From the human T2T-CHM13v2.0 reference genome, Homo sapiens, in the NCBI RefSeq assembly GCF_009914755.1, contig NC_060947.1: a DNA stretch of 64,000 bases. One strand, written 5' to 3'. Every line of letters starts with the position of its first letter. The stretch's first letter is position 1. Made by a program: the position numbers and the translations under genes. Positions 27,976-45,671 of this stretch are shown one piece after another. The notes under the pieces are model-generated. The model worked only from the letters and a program-made list of their open reading frames with translations. It was not told the DNA's origin and ran no database searches.

Positions 27976-28332
27976 TGTGTTCATCTGTTCTCATTGCTGC
28001 TAATAAACACATACCAAAGACTGGGTAATTTATAAAGGAAAGAGATTTAATGGACTCACAGTTCCACATGGCTGGGGAGGCCTCACTGTCATGATGGAAG
28101 GCAAAGGAGAAGCAAAGGCACATCTTACATGGTGACAAGAAACAGAGCTTGTGCAGGAAAACTCCTGTTTGTAAAACCATCAGATCTCATGAGACTTATT
28201 TACTACTATGAGAATAGTATGGGGGAAACTGCCCCCATGATACAATCATATCCACCTGGCCGCACCCTTGACACATGGGGATTATTACAATTCAAGGTGA
28301 GATTTGGGTGGGGACACAGCCAAACCATATCA
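27976..28332 (-). mobile_element. THE1B/C solo LTR
   Basis: gactgggtaatttataaaggaaagag...gggtggggacacagccaaaccatatca; exact TSD tgtta (27971-27975 / 28333-28337). Confidence 0.9.
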
Positions 28333-28705
28333 TGTTACAATGCATAATCTCTTCCAAATGAAAGTAGTGCAGTATAAAATAGTTTTGTTTTTTCATCATT
28401 CTCAGATGCCCATGTTCACATTTGGAAAAAAGGGTAAAAGAAAGGTAATTAAGGGGGAAAATGATGCCCCACAGATATTAAAGTATATTTTAAAGCTATT
28501 CTAATTAAAATAGTTTGGTTCTGTCTCATGGAGTATAAGAATATCTGATATATAACTCTTTATAATAAAGCAGAAAAAATTAGAAATAACTTGTGTCCAC
28601 TAGTAGAATAATGGTTAAGTAAATTATGCTTTCAATCAAATATCTTGCAAGCATTTAAAATAATAAATCATCTCAGCATAATTGTGGAGCAGTCTCCAAA
28701 TGATA

Positions 28706-28994
<289 letters not shown>

Positions 28995-29538
28995 CATGTA
29001 ATCTCTTCATGTGACTAAAATAAGATGCAAAATGGATGAGATATGATATGTGGTTAACTGCTAAACTTTAACCTTCATCCTTTAAAACGAGTTCTTAAGT
29101 TCACAATGATGTAGTAGAATTTTTTCTTTACTATGGCATTTGATTCTAATTTACCTGAAGGATTTAGAGGAAGTGTGGACCCATGACTCACTTATGTAGC
29201 TGTTAGCTGGAAGCCTCTGTTTTTCACTGAAAAACTTAAGTATTTTAGAAAGAATTTAAAATACTCTTGGCTAAACCTGCAAAATAAGTACATAAAGAAA
29301 GGTATTTTAAGATTAAATCTCAATATTTAAAACACAGTTTGGAGGGCTTTAAAAAATTCTTTATTTCTATATATTCAAACATATTACCAAACTGAAAGAT
29401 AAACAGCATTTTTAGCTATCAATCCAGGCCTGGGAAAAGCAGAGCAAGACTATTTATTTTTTGAAAACCTTAATGGGAAGAGAGAAATAAAAGTTGAATA
29501 TACATTAGTAAAAAACAAAACCTTATCACTACTCTATC

Positions 29539-29770
<232 letters not shown>

Positions 29771-32079
29771 ACATTGGGCTTTAACACTGTGATCCACAAA
29801 TTGCATCTAGACCTTCCTGTTACTATGACTTTGGTAACTAACCCAGTATAAAACTCTTTTTTCTTCTTGTTAGTTTCTCAGGAAAGATGAAATTAGTATC
29901 TATTTTAGCGAGTACTATAACGGAAGACTAGGTTTTCTTCACTGAAGTCTCCAAAATCCTAACAGACCCGAGCTACTTAACTAAAATGTTGCATCAGTGA
30001 TAAATTCGAATACAATAGGAAGAATTGTATTTTACACACATCACAGATGCAAAAACTGGTCTGGCAATTGACATCGCCAGATAATGGATTACATTTTCCT
30101 CTTTCAGATTCCAGTCCACATTGAGACTTTGATATAGTCCTCCTCAGTCCCGCCTTTCAAAATATTAAATAAGGAATTTCAAATTCTAATATTCTTATCT
30201 CCCTCATGCAACCAAACTGCCATAAATCTGCATCCCCTGCTATCTTTATCTAATAGAAGAAATCTCTCCATTTTCATTAGATGAGAAAATGAAAGAAAAT
30301 GATACCCACCACCAACAGTTCTTAATATTAGTTCCTACAGACGACAGTTATTGCACTTAAAAAGGGGCTATTGGCTCTAGATAGAAATCTAAAGTGTTTG
30401 TTCCTCTGATTGGCCCCTGCAAACTCTTTTAAAATCCACTTCTTTTGTTCTCTGCAATGTTTCGGTTCTCACCAGCACTCCCACTTCCAACCACTTAAAC
30501 TTGATTTTCCACTGTTAGGTGAAGGATGCTCGGACAACATCGCATTAATTTCAGTGGACACTACATTTTATCTAATTCAGCAAGCAGGCCTCTGTTAATT
30601 AGGCCTCCCAGCACGAGTGATGGCGAACATCTCCTCTCACTGTCACTGATCGATATTCACAACTCAAGCCATTCTCGTGGTCAATTTCTTGGGCTTCTGA
30701 GTAAAATAGAGGGTCCCATTCTTGTTAACAACCTAGACTTGCCTAAAATCGCAATTTGCTCCCGACTTGCCCGCTGAGTCCACCAGCTGCATACAAATAG
30801 CATCTCTCAATCCCTTCCTCTCCATCTTCGCTGACTACAAGAACTGCCAGAGGGGAAAAGGATTCTCCCTGCCACCACCTCAAATGCCACTGCTGCCTTC
30901 CAGCTTTGAGTCTGATGGATGGAGGACTCAGCCTGCTGACAGAGCCCGCGAAGACTTGCTGTTTGATCCCAGGGATGCAAGCCTTGTTTGGTGAAGCCCC
31001 AGGAGAATTAAGTACCGGAGCCTAATTTAATGTAATACTGCTCTGCAGCTACTTAAAAAGAAAAAGAAAAAGAAAAGGATATTGAAAGCCCACATAATTT
31101 TGTTTCCTTCCAGTTGGCCACAAAGAGTGATCCATCCAATAACTTTGGGGCCAAATACTACCTGTGCCAAGGGTTTAAAAACCCACACCCCTGGGTTATG
31201 TGGCAGACCCCAGTTTCTCCTGGAAGATGGGTAAGTCGTCAGAGCTGACATTTCTGTATAGAAAACAATGCAAAGAAACACCCTCCTAAACTACGTGAAA
31301 TACAGTGTTGCTCTGTCACTTACAGAACCAATGACCGCCAACTGAGCAAAGGAGTAGGGTTCGGAAAAAATGGAGAAGGTGAGGGGAGAAAAGGCCAATG
31401 CTGGCAGGGTAGAACATGTCATTGTTCATTTAAATTGCTTTTATTTTCAAAACACAATATAACCAGTCAGAGGTCAGTCCCCCCCGCCACACACACACCT
31501 TCCATGTGCCTAAGTGCATTACAATAGGTGATTTTCTTTTTAAGGTCTAGCTTGTATTCCTGTGGCCACCAGCGTTCTGAATCTTGCCAAAGGGACTCTT
31601 TTCTAAAAAGAAGAAACCCCAGTTAGAATAATTCCCCATTGCTGCTTAACATGTGTCTCTTTGTAATTAATTTTAAATATGCAAAGGCCCTTTTCTGTGC
31701 ACTCCTAGCTAAGGTACGCCCTGTTAGTAGGTGACAGTGTGTGCCTCCGGTGGTAAATTCGGCTTCAAAGAGAGCGATGAGCGAAGATGTGTTGGCTGCC
31801 TGTCAGACAGCATGACATAAAAGGAAACAAATACAGGAATAAATGGAAAGTTTTATGGTGAGTGAAGGCAACACTGAGTGTTACCAACGCAGTATTTTTT
31901 TTCCCTTTTCCTGAGTTCCTATGATGAGCAAAAGACCAGAAATGAGTTCTTCCACCAGGATGGTTCTTATGGGTGTATATTTACTCCAATAGTAACATTT
32001 ATTGCTGTAACAATAGGAATTAGCCTGTGGTTCATAGGCTTAATTTTACAAAGCTCGATTGCTTCTACTATCTGACTTG

Positions 32080-32886
<807 letters not shown>

Positions 32887-34648
32887 ATAACTAGAGCTGG
32901 AGAGCCCCAGGCAGGAGCCATGACAGCATCAGAGGCCACGACGAGACCCTTGCATTTTGTTCTTCAGCCGATGGAAACCCATGCAACATTCTTGATGCTA
33001 ATCAGAATCTCCCTTTGTAACCATAAGTATCACACGGCAACAATAATCAGGCAATCAATGAGGAAAGCTACATTGGAAGAGGAGACAGGTTGATGAGACA
33101 TTTACATCCAATTGCAGTGGAAGTGCTTAAGAAATCCTTCAAAAAAAACAAGTGAAAAATAGGGACTAAGACAAAACTGAGATGAAATACATTTTTCAGC
33201 ATTTAGCTAATAAATGTGTCACCCCTCCAACCCCATCACCACTTCTAAAACATGCCCTTTGCATGTAAGCTAGTTTTAGCATGAAAAGAAAGATACTTTA
33301 GTGACTGCAGAAGAAAAAAGTGTCCAAAAAAAGGACTGCCTTACAGGGATTCAACCTTATCTCAAATTTTGTCTCTTATGAATGTGGTAATTCCTAAAAT
33401 TTTGATAAGTGATGTACATATCTCCGAGTTCGACGCATTTCCTCAGTAGTGAAGAAAATGGCACAATCCTATTTTACACCACTGAGGAATTTACAACACT
33501 GAAAGATAAGAAAAATGGGCCAGGGTGTGTGAAACTCACGGATTAACAGTCTGCATCGATCAATTCTCCAGATCATTGCACAACCCCTCATGTCACTTTG
33601 TACAGGGATAGCTCCAAGGTAAAGAATATTGATGCCTTTTCTTTTGTGCTATTTTAATTATAGTTGCAAGAATTTTATTCCTAGGCCAACATATGGTAAT
33701 TTAATTCGGGGTGGGGGGGATGTTTCTATTAGTTTAATATTAAAGTTCATATTTTTTCATTGATTTTTCATTTGATGTTATATGCAGGACATATAGACAT
33801 TTAGAAAAGCATGGTATTGTTTGAGATGATGAGATCTCAAAGGCTCCAAAATTAATGGCACAGCAGAGAAAAGAGCATGAAGCAATTCTGTGAGCAGAGA
33901 GAAATGCACACACGCAGACACCAGGCACATGCATGTATCTCCACCCACGCTGGAAATTAACTGAAAAATCCTGGTCATCCAACGCTGCCTGCAGAACCAT
34001 AACCCCTTTGATTCCCGTTTCCACTGTGGTTGATGCCCTCTCATAGCTGGAAGGACTTTGGGAGCTTCTAGTAGAGGGAGCACAAACCTGAAACTTGTAG
34101 ATACAGTTCTACTCTGTGTTTTGCTTTGAGGTCTTTGAAAATTACTTAACTTCACAGTAGCTGAATTTCCTTACCTATGACGTATCAATCATCCTTTCTG
34201 ACTCTCCAAATTTATAGTGTCTATTGAATGGTGAAAAAAAATGTGCTTTGGAAAGGGAAGAATCTCACTGACAGTCTAACAAAAGTACTGGAGATCCTCA
34301 AGGTCTTGATTCTGCATTCTTTATGGTGCCGTGTAGAGGGGATTGTTTTGAGTGTCTTAATTTGCAGGAAGCCCGGAGATGTGGAGTCTGTGCAGGTCTA
34401 CGCTTCCTCCTGGATTCCCAGAGAGATCCTCTTCTTTAAAGGATGCTTGGCCTCTGCATGGTTGTTGATCTCTCCCAGCCACAGCCTCCTTCACTCATTG
34501 AACTCAGAATTTCTCCTGTGCATGCAGTACTGTTAGAGGCTGAGTAGACAGAGCCAAACTGAACCAATTTTGTTTCTGTCCTCCCAGTTCAGAGAGGAGA
34601 AGGGCATCAAACTAAAGAATTGCAGAGGTTTTTATTCATGGCAAATTA

Positions 34649-35073
<425 letters not shown>

Positions 35074-35278
35074 TTACTGAAGGGTAAGTAGAAGTTCCTA
35101 AAGAAGAAGAGGTGAGGGGTTAGGTCTAGCCAGAAGACAGTCCGCTTGAGGGTCCTAAGGGCAGAGAGACCCACATGTCACACAATGAAGAAGCATCAAA
35201 GTGCCTGAGGCCCAGAGTACAAAGAGGGGAAGGGCATAAGATGAAGCTGGAAAGGACGTTGGGACCAAAACCAAAAGG

Positions 35279-35689
<411 letters not shown>

Positions 35690-36068
35690 TAAATGATCAT
35701 TTGGAATGCCAATTAACACGCAGATTGTGAAGGGAAAATAATGGAAGCAGAAAGCCCCAATAGGAAGGTTTCTCTAGTAAAAGTGGTGAGACAAATTGGC
35801 ACTTTGCAGTACAGCACAAGCAGTGGGAATGGATGGAGATAGGACAGAGAGACGTCTACTACCCTCTGGCAAGTGTGGCCATCTCTTCCCAAAGGTGTGA
35901 TTTGCTTTTTTAACACTTCCAGGTACTTGCTTCTCATGAACTTACAATTGACATTGTGTCATTTATTTGGTGATCATTTTAATATTTTTTTACCTTTTCT
36001 AAGCATCTTCCAGCAACATCTTCAATCCAAAACTGGGGGGCCTTTTGAGAGTAGACTCGGTGAAATTT

Positions 36069-36379
36069 ATTATTTTTATTTATTAATGTATTTATTGAGA
36101 CAATGTCTTCTCTGTCACCTAGGCTGGAGTGCAGTGGCATTATCATAGCACACCATAGTCTTGAACTCCCTGGCTCAACTGATCCTTCCACCTCAGCCCA
36201 AGCAGCTGGGACTACAGGTGCACATCAACACATCTGGCTAATTTTTATTTTTTATTTTTTGTAGAGACAGAGTCTCACCATGTTGCCCAGGCTGGTCTCC
36301 AACTCCTGAACTCAAGCAATGTGCCTGCCTCAGCCTTCCAAAGTGCTGGGATTACAGGCGTGTGCCACCATGCATGGCC
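36069..36379 (-). mobile_element. AluJ
   Basis: Full reverse Alu; TSD ggtgaaattt / ggtgagattt. Confidence 0.9.
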
Positions 36380-37809
36380 TAGGTGAGATTTTTATGATGG
36401 CTTTTAGGTTGGAAGGGGAGCAGTTAGAGAGAAAAGGGTATGAAGACTGACTTCCAGGAAGCATGAGTGCTAGATCCATGACCCTGTATTTCCTGAGAGA
36501 GAACATGCAGAAGGCTCATGTTGGAGCAATGCATCCTGAGAGGAGAGAAGCCCAGGAATTATGGTTGGCAATAGTTAAGACTGAAATTCCACTAAGGCAT
36601 CAAAATAGCTGTGCTAGTGAGGCAATAAAATGTAGAAATCTGGAATTCTCAAGAGAGATATGAATATAGAATTCCATTAGCACACAGAGGGTATGAAGGT
36701 CACAGAATGCAACCAGGAAACACAGAGGCAGGTGGAGGAAACTCCACTACCTACTGGACAGGTGGAGGAAGAAGAGCAGGAAATGAGCCCTCTGAAAGGT
36801 TGCCTATTGGAAGTTTGTATTTTTCTCCTTCATCAATCTAGAGAACCTTTATACAGCCATGTTTACAAAATGTGTTCACTTAAGAGCCATTAAAGAAGGT
36901 TGTTGTTATTTTTTGACTGTTTGTTTGCTTTTGGGTTGCTTTCATTCCTTTTGCTGCCTTTGTCATTCCTCACGGAGGTCACTCCATGAACGTTTAACAG
37001 TGCACAGGTGGAGTAATCCGATATCCAGGGACCTGCACAGATGTCTTACCCTGTGTTGGCTCTTTGTAATTCCTTTCTCAGGCATTAGGTAGCTCCAACA
37101 TAATAGAACTATTGCCAACATTTTACTCTCTTTCCCTGATAACCAAAGTACCGACCTAAATTAAATTGCTGACCGCATTATTTGTGAGTCCAAATTTAGC
37201 TTCCCCTCTCGTACCATTAATGGTCTGTTGCAGAGTTTCTCTACTTCCATTTGCGAGTGTAACTATGTCCCTGCCTATCCAGGTGTCGCAATGGAAGCAG
37301 AAGTTTGGACATCAGTGAGTTTTTAGCGTGTGTGATATTGGTAGAGAAGGCACGGTGTGCAAGGACCTGGCTTGCCGTCGGAGGGTGGCGATGAAGACAG
37401 CACATGATGTCTCTTTTCAGGACAGCTGAAGCAAGTCAGCCCCATCCTGGAGGAAGCCCAGCTGCCGGCCCAAAGATCAAAGGTGTCTCCCAAGGCCGGC
37501 TGTCACTAGACTGTGCTCAACGTTTGCCCTCATCTCTATGTATGAGGACAGATATTCAGAATGATACTCCAGTTGGCTGAAATCTCCCTTTGCCATAAGC
37601 AGATAGATGGAAATATATGCATCTCTATTATAGATACCAGGAAGCATTTGTCAACGAGGATAGACAAGTGAAAGTGGCTAAATTTGACTGTAGAAAATAT
37701 GTTCATGGAGTGAATAGCCAAAATGAGGGTACCAGTTCCATTTAGGAAAAGGAAGTCTGAAAAAATATCTAAAGACAAAAGAAGGGCAGCATCTAAATGA
37801 GGAGCAGAA

Positions 37810-37990
37810 CCTAGCAGAGAAAATGATTTTAGAGTTAGGCAAACCTAGCTTCCAACATAGCCATTGTTTATTAGTAGCATGACCACATCTCTGGGTCCCA
37901 GCCTTCTTGTATTAAAAAAAAAATGATGAGCATTACATAGAGTGATACATATCTAAGTTCCTAATGGCATGCATGGCATATGATTCATGT
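37810..37990. mobile_element. MIR fragment
   Basis: tttagagttaggcaaacctagcttccaac...gccattgtttattagtagcatgacc. Confidence 0.55.
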
Positions 37991-39060
37991 CCAGAATACT
38001 TTAGTCTTTCCTTGGAAAACATTTCAACAACTTGTATTTTTGCTCTCACATCTTAAGAATATCCACGTTCCCATCCATTCTCTATAAAATATTTTTCACA
38101 CCTTGGCAAAACTTTAGGCTTCATCTCTATTAGAAAACCTATAAAAAATTCATAAATATGAAATTAGAGCCTGCAGGAATGTAAATTTTATTCTGTGGTT
38201 ATGATGTGTGCCTCCAGGAAATGACCCTTTATATGCATAAAGCTGTATCACATTTATGGTCTGATTTTGATGCCTGGATAGGAAGGATAAAGCCACCCTT
38301 TGCTTGACAGAATTCCCTTTCCATTTCCCTTCTCCTTGAATTACCATGGTCAGAATAAGGGAGAATAATAATGACTACAGTGGCTCCCAAGCAGGTTTAC
38401 GTTCATTATTTTAGTTAAGTATGACAATGGTTCTCCTGGCTTATCAAAATTAGTGAAGTTATCTGCACACAGTGAAAGAAAGATCTTAAAATATAGATGT
38501 AACCTGACCCACCCTTGGGATAAACACAGAATTTAAATAGTGAGCCCACAGCATGTTTGAAGTGCCTTGTATTTTTCAGTACTCATGTCCAAGGACAAAA
38601 AGATGAACAAGAAATAGTCCCTATTCTCAAAGAGGAAACGGTTGCCTTGCAGGGATATACCTGGAAGCAAATCAGTGAAAAGAACTAACCTTCTCAGAGG
38701 CAGTGGCATGAAAACAAGTCCTTGTATGTTGAGTAGAAAATCTGCTCACGGGCTGGACACGTGTGTTTGGGGATAAGGATGTGAAGAGAATTGAAGGCAT
38801 CAGATTTGCACATGATCCCATAGCATGTGGCCAAGCCCAATCAAATGCTGGCTGACTGCTCCTTCCCTACTCTCAAGCTGAATTCTTTTATTTATTTATG
38901 TATTTTTGTTAGCCAGGACCTTGGCATGTCTTCAAGTTGCCACAGAAAAATGTCCCTTCTTAGTGGAGAAGAGAGACCACAGGGGCATCACCTCACATTT
39001 ATTTAATTCATACATCCCATGGGTTCTCAACATGGTCATCATCAATATGCTTTTTAAAAA

Positions 39061-39347
39061 TTTTAAGATATGGGGTCTTGCTCTGGTGACCACACTGGAG
39101 TACAGTGGCGCGATCATAGCTCACTACAGCCTCAAACTCCTATGCTCAAGGGAGCATAGGAGTTTGCTCCCCAGTAGCTGGGACTACAGGCACACATCAC
39201 ACCCGACTAATTTATTGATTTTTTTTTGTAGCAATAGGGTCTCCCTTCGTTGCCCAGGGCTGGTTTTGAACTCCTGAACTCAAGCAATCCTCCTCCCTCA
39301 GCCTCCCAAAGTGTTGGGATTACAGGTGTGAGCCACAGCACCAAGCC
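39061..39347 (-). mobile_element. AluJ carrying a perfect internal hairpin
   Basis: Reverse Alu; TSD-like tatgctttttaaaa / tatgcctttttaaaa. Confidence 0.9.
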
Positions 39348-39613
39348 CTATATGCCTTTTTAAAATATACCAAATGTAATGCCTTCTTTATATCTTGAAA
39401 TAAAATTAATGTATCATAGAACCTACCACAGTCATAATTTGAAAATGAGTCAAGATAATATGCAAACCACGATATAAATGACAAAAACCAAGGAAGGTAG
39501 TTCTTATAAAATAACATGTATTCCAATATGCAAGTGATCAGGCACAGTTGCAAAAGAAGACATCATGAGACACACATCCCTATACCTCCTTAGGATGCAT
39601 AAGCCTGGGTTTA

Positions 39614-39874
<261 letters not shown>

Positions 39875-40988
39875 CTAAGAGAAAATGCAGGACATGAAAA
39901 ATCAGGATGCAAATGGCACTAGAATAACAACTAGTATTAAGATGAGGACCAACAAACAAGATTTCGTTGATAGTAGTAAAAGAAAAAAGAAAGGAAGTGA
40001 TTGCAAATAAAGTAGGGATAACATGCCAAGACAAATTGCAGACTGTCCAAGGAAAGAAAGCACGAGATCTCCGCACATGAGCTTGGGTTGCTTATTAAGT
40101 GTAGTGTCAGAGGTACTTCCCGGGCTATGACATGAAACAGGTTGTAACAAACGATCACAGAAAACATAGCCCTATTTGGAAACTCCACCATGTGTTACGA
40201 TGCCTCCAATATGGTGAGTGGAGTGCATTTCACTGACACAATTTTCCAAAGCAGGGCTCAACATTTGGAAAAATTCTAGACAAAACAAAGTACAGTCTTA
40301 CCTCACTTTTTGCAATTCTCAGACTCCGTATGAAAAAAATGGCCCTATGAATTCCCAAAATGCTCCATAGAGGGCAACACCATCTACATTCAGAATTATT
40401 AGAAGTCCTGGAAGTCAATGATAAGATTAGCTCCTGATTGAACTGAGAAATTACTGCCCTCTGAGGGGATGAGCAATCAGCGAGTATGTAGAAGGAAGGC
40501 AGAAAGAAGGAAAATGAAATACAACAGCTACCAGGTGAAGCTCAAGAATTAGATATTGAGCCCAAACTCAGACAGCTATTGAACTACTATTGCTGTCCCC
40601 AACTCTGCCCACTACAGCCCCAGGTTCTTTCCACCACCCACATGGAGAGTGGGTTTTTAGATAACGTTAGTCATTCCTCACTCATCACATGATTGCTTTT
40701 TGGCAACAGGCTGTATGTAATTTATGCCTTGCTAGGGAGGTGGACCAAGCCAAACATGGAGAAAAGAGTCATGCAACTCAAAGACATTCCTTTGTCCTGA
40801 AGCATAGCCCAGCAACACTAAGAACCCCTTGCTGCTCTTACTCATAGTCAAAAAGTCAGGCTTCGATTCTCAAAAATAGGAGTGTATACAGGTTTAACCT
40901 ATAAATGGTTCAGATAGCATTGATACACTTGCACTGACGAAGTTCTTATTTCTTTCCATGTCTTTAACATTTGGGGAGGACTGACTGA

Positions 40989-41374
<386 letters not shown>

Positions 41375-41532
41375 TTTTTTTTTTTTAATTATTTTTTTCT
41401 TATTTTTTAAAAACTAGCTTCAGGGTCTCACTGTATTGCCCTAGCTGGTCTCAAACTCCTGAGCTCAAGTGATCCTCCTGGCTTGGCCTCCCAAAGTGCT
41501 GTGATTACAGGAGTAAGCCATGATACCTGGCC
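41375..41532 (-). mobile_element. FLAM / Alu left-arm monomer
   Basis: cagggtctcactgtattgccctagctggtctcaaactcctgagctcaagtgatcctcc. Confidence 0.8.
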
Positions 41533-42549
41533 TGTTATTTTTATCTGTTAATGCTTGCAGCTCATTCTTGTGAGAGGGAGGAAGCTCTAACCCAGAGAGT
41601 CCATCTCCATTTTAAGTGCAAATATATGCTGGGCCCCGAAGGGGCTGCCATAACATGCAATTCAGATGTAGAAAGAAAGAAGGGACTGGCCCCCAGGAAA
41701 AGAGGTCATTCAGAGGGAAAGAGAAAATAGAAGGTACCAGGGGATGTGAGAAAGAATGGTGACTAAGGCAGCATGAGACATCAACATTGAGATAATTCAA
41801 CATGGTTGGAACAAAGTCAGGAGCAAAACAGCACGGTAGCCCTGCAATCTCACCATAGCATCTTCTCAAGAGAAGGATTTGCATCTCCAGGTGAGTATCG
41901 AGACTGTAAATTACAGTGAGAAAGGTGTGCACAGACAGTCTCTCATCCACCATCTTCAGACTCAAAGCACAAGGAGGGTGAGATGTCTCAACAAACACTG
42001 CAAAGAGCTGGGGAGTGATGCCAGACAGGTAACTCTGCAAAACTCATCTTGCAAGGATGATGAATAGGAGTTTTGACAATTCTGTCAAACCCTTCAAATC
42101 TTAAGTGACTTGAAAGTTCCAGTAATTTTTTTCTTTAAAACAAGTGGAATTGCACTTTTCCATTGTTATGCAAATTACCTTCCCCAAGACATCTATTTAC
42201 CTGTTACTATGGTTCTCAGGTAGTTTCTCCATGCCTTGGGCAGTGGAGGTGGGTAAGGATATAAAGTTTAAAAATGATGTCTTCAATAAGAAAGTTTGAA
42301 GAGACATTACTCAAAGAAACGATTTTAATGTGATATTTTATGTATGAGAGACCTAAGCTTTTCCTTACATGTGGGAAATAGAAAAGTATGATAGGGTTTC
42401 AAGTTCTGCCATCAAGTTTTGATAACAATCAACAAAACAACACCCTGTGTTTTTCCCTACCCCAAGACACAGCAACTTCAAATTTGAAAGATAGCTCAAT
42501 AAACAAAAATGGAGTATCTTTGCTTTTTAAAGAACTGATCTCAGCTTTA

Positions 42550-42983
<434 letters not shown>

Positions 42984-45289
42984 ACTTGGTCCTTACAATC
43001 TGCTGAGAGGCTTAAACATAAATACAAATAAACATAAACACAAACAATACACGGGAATAGCTAAGAGAAAAAGATTCAACTATGGCTTTTTTTAAAAAAT
43101 GCTGAAGAGCTTTGTAACTCTTCCAAAGACTTCATGATAAACAGCTCAGGGCCCTCTTGGTTAATGCTTGGAAGAAAAACAGTTTTTCTTTCAAACATCT
43201 TCTTTGGAACAGAGACTTCCTTCCAAAGAATTCTCTCCTGCAACCCACCCAGTAGCCAGTCTAATAAAATGTGTAAGAGGAGAAAAATGGTCTTACTCTC
43301 TCCTTTCCCCCCGTAGGGCGTAGCAAAAAATTGGAAAACAGAAAAATGGAATCTGGTGACACTTGAGACTAATGCCCGAATCTCCTGCTTCTGATTTTTC
43401 CAGCAGCCAGTCCGCATCCTCTCAGCACCCCTATTCAGCTATCACTCTCGTTTTGCTGTAGTAGGTCACAGATCAGATGATGGGGGGTGGGTGTTTGGTT
43501 TGGGTGTAACTTTTGTTGTGTTTTCAGCAGATTCAGCCCAGCACAACTTGTCAGGAGATTCATGACTTAGCAATTGTCAGGGATTGGTCAAGTCATATTG
43601 AAAATGAGATTAACTGAAAGATTCAAGTGGCCAGCCCTATGCTAGACTTTGTAGTGCTTCCAAGGGGGTTCACGTGAAGGAGTCACATCTGGGCTTCAGG
43701 CTCATCAAAGGCAGGAGTGAAACGCATTGGCTCACCCTTGGCTGCCATTGCGGGAGAAACATGGGAGGTGAGACAGCACCACGGACAGCTCCAAGACACA
43801 CGTTTCCCCTAACACGGTTCCCTCTCCTCTTGATCCTGGGTTCTCATTCTGGTTGGTCCAGACACCTAGGACTTAACAACCTGAAAACATCAGCCCACAT
43901 TGTCCCTTTAAGCCACGTGGCACCAGGTTTCTTTTTTACTGAATGTCCCAATGACTTCCTCATTTGTGAACTATCCTGGCACCCAGTTCAACATTTTATC
44001 TGAAACCCTACAAATCTTTTTCTTCTATCTCTTACAATGAAATGCGAGCCATCTTTTCATGCAAGACTCATTTTTCTAGTTGTTCTGAAAAAAAACTCTC
44101 AGTTTTTCAGAAGATTCTTTCAACTATTACCCATCCCCATCTCCCAAATCGCCACGAATGCCACCAAATATTATCAGATATTGAGATGAGGTACAGTGAG
44201 TTAGGAGGGGTGGGGGTTCTGTTTATTTTCATGATTGTTTTAAATTTGTTTTAATATTAATAATAAAACGTCCACCTCCAAACTAACCAATGGGCAAATA
44301 TACCCCTCTAAATTTCAGAGGAAACAATAAAAAGTTTGATGGCCTGTGGGAAAGCAATTAAATAAAAAATGAGAAAGCTGGGATAAGAAAATGTGTTTTT
44401 TTTGCTATAAGCCTTTTTAAAATGAGATCTGACGTTTAATTCTGACGTGAGTAATTTTTCAGATAAAATTAAACACAACATCCTGCTTCCTAATCTTTTG
44501 AGAACCAAAGCTAATGGGAGCTTTTGAAATGTGATTATGTTACTCCTCTTTTTAAAAATTTTCAGCACAACCAAAAATGCCCTTAAAATAAAGATGCTCC
44601 ACTAGAGCTTAATGGGTGTTTCCATTTCTCCTCATCTCTTCTTTCTCTCCTGAAGTCAGGATTAGGGACCTCTTTGCCTGTTTTCATAGCAGTTTGGACT
44701 TCTTCTATCATGTCAGAATGTTTCTGTGTCTCCTTTAAACTCCAGGTTCCCTGGATATAGACACTTTTTCTTGTTGCTATTCATGATTGTTTCAGTGACA
44801 ACACGACGGCTTCATGTTTATTAAGTGAATGGACAGACATTTCTTCTCTCATTTTCCTGACCAATGCTTGGGGGAAAAATCAGATTGTCAGAAAGGGTAC
44901 CTAAATGATAACTTATTGAAAATGAAAAAAAAAAAAAAGAAAGAAACCCAGCCTGTCCATTTGGCAAAGTGATGAAAATAACATGCCCCAAATATGCCAC
45001 ATTCTTCTCTGGAAAAGAAATTCTGATTCCAACTCTTCTCCCAGTCCACTTTGCTGTAAACAAGGGAAAAAAAGCATACATAATAAAGAAAAAGTAAAGG
45101 TATGTCTATGAAGAAAAAACTGGAAACAACAGACACCAACTACATCCGTTATAGTCATTCAAACTGAAAACCTCAAATTAAAAGGTTATTTAGACTGTTG
45201 CCAGTCCAGAGAATTTCAAATATCAGTCCTTTAATTTGATTTATCAAAGAGAGATAAAGAATTTGTCAAAAAAACATCAAAAAAGCAAT

Positions 45290-45410
45290 TCAGGGCCTCT
45301 TGGCTACCTTGCCAAATCAGAATCTCTGAGGGTGAGGCCTAGAACTGGGCAATCTCTAAAATTTCCCCACAGAACTCTGATGCGTGTCCAGGCGTGAGAA
45401 CCTAGACTAT
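45290..45410. mobile_element. MER5A fragment
   Basis: aatcagaatctctgagggtgaggcctagaa...ctctgatgcgtgtccaggcgtgagaacc. Confidence 0.65.
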
Positions 45411-45671
45411 AGCCCAGCCTCCATAAAACATGTGGATAGACTTGTGGCATTTCTGAGAGATGGCCATTTGGTCTCTGCTTGAAATCCTCTAATTAAAAAC
45501 TCATTGCCTTTCACAGAACTTTATTCTATTTTCAGAAACCTCAAATCATTGAAATATACTTACTGTTTTAAATCAACTATACCAAATCCTCCCATAACTT
45601 TTACTCATTGTCACTTATTTGCTCTTGGAGAATCAACAGAGCAAATCTAAACCTTCCTCGCCATTTAAACC

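Noticed and set aside
42072-42089. tttgaca-attc-tgtcaaa inverted repeat
   Set aside because: 7-bp arms are expected by chance in 64 kb
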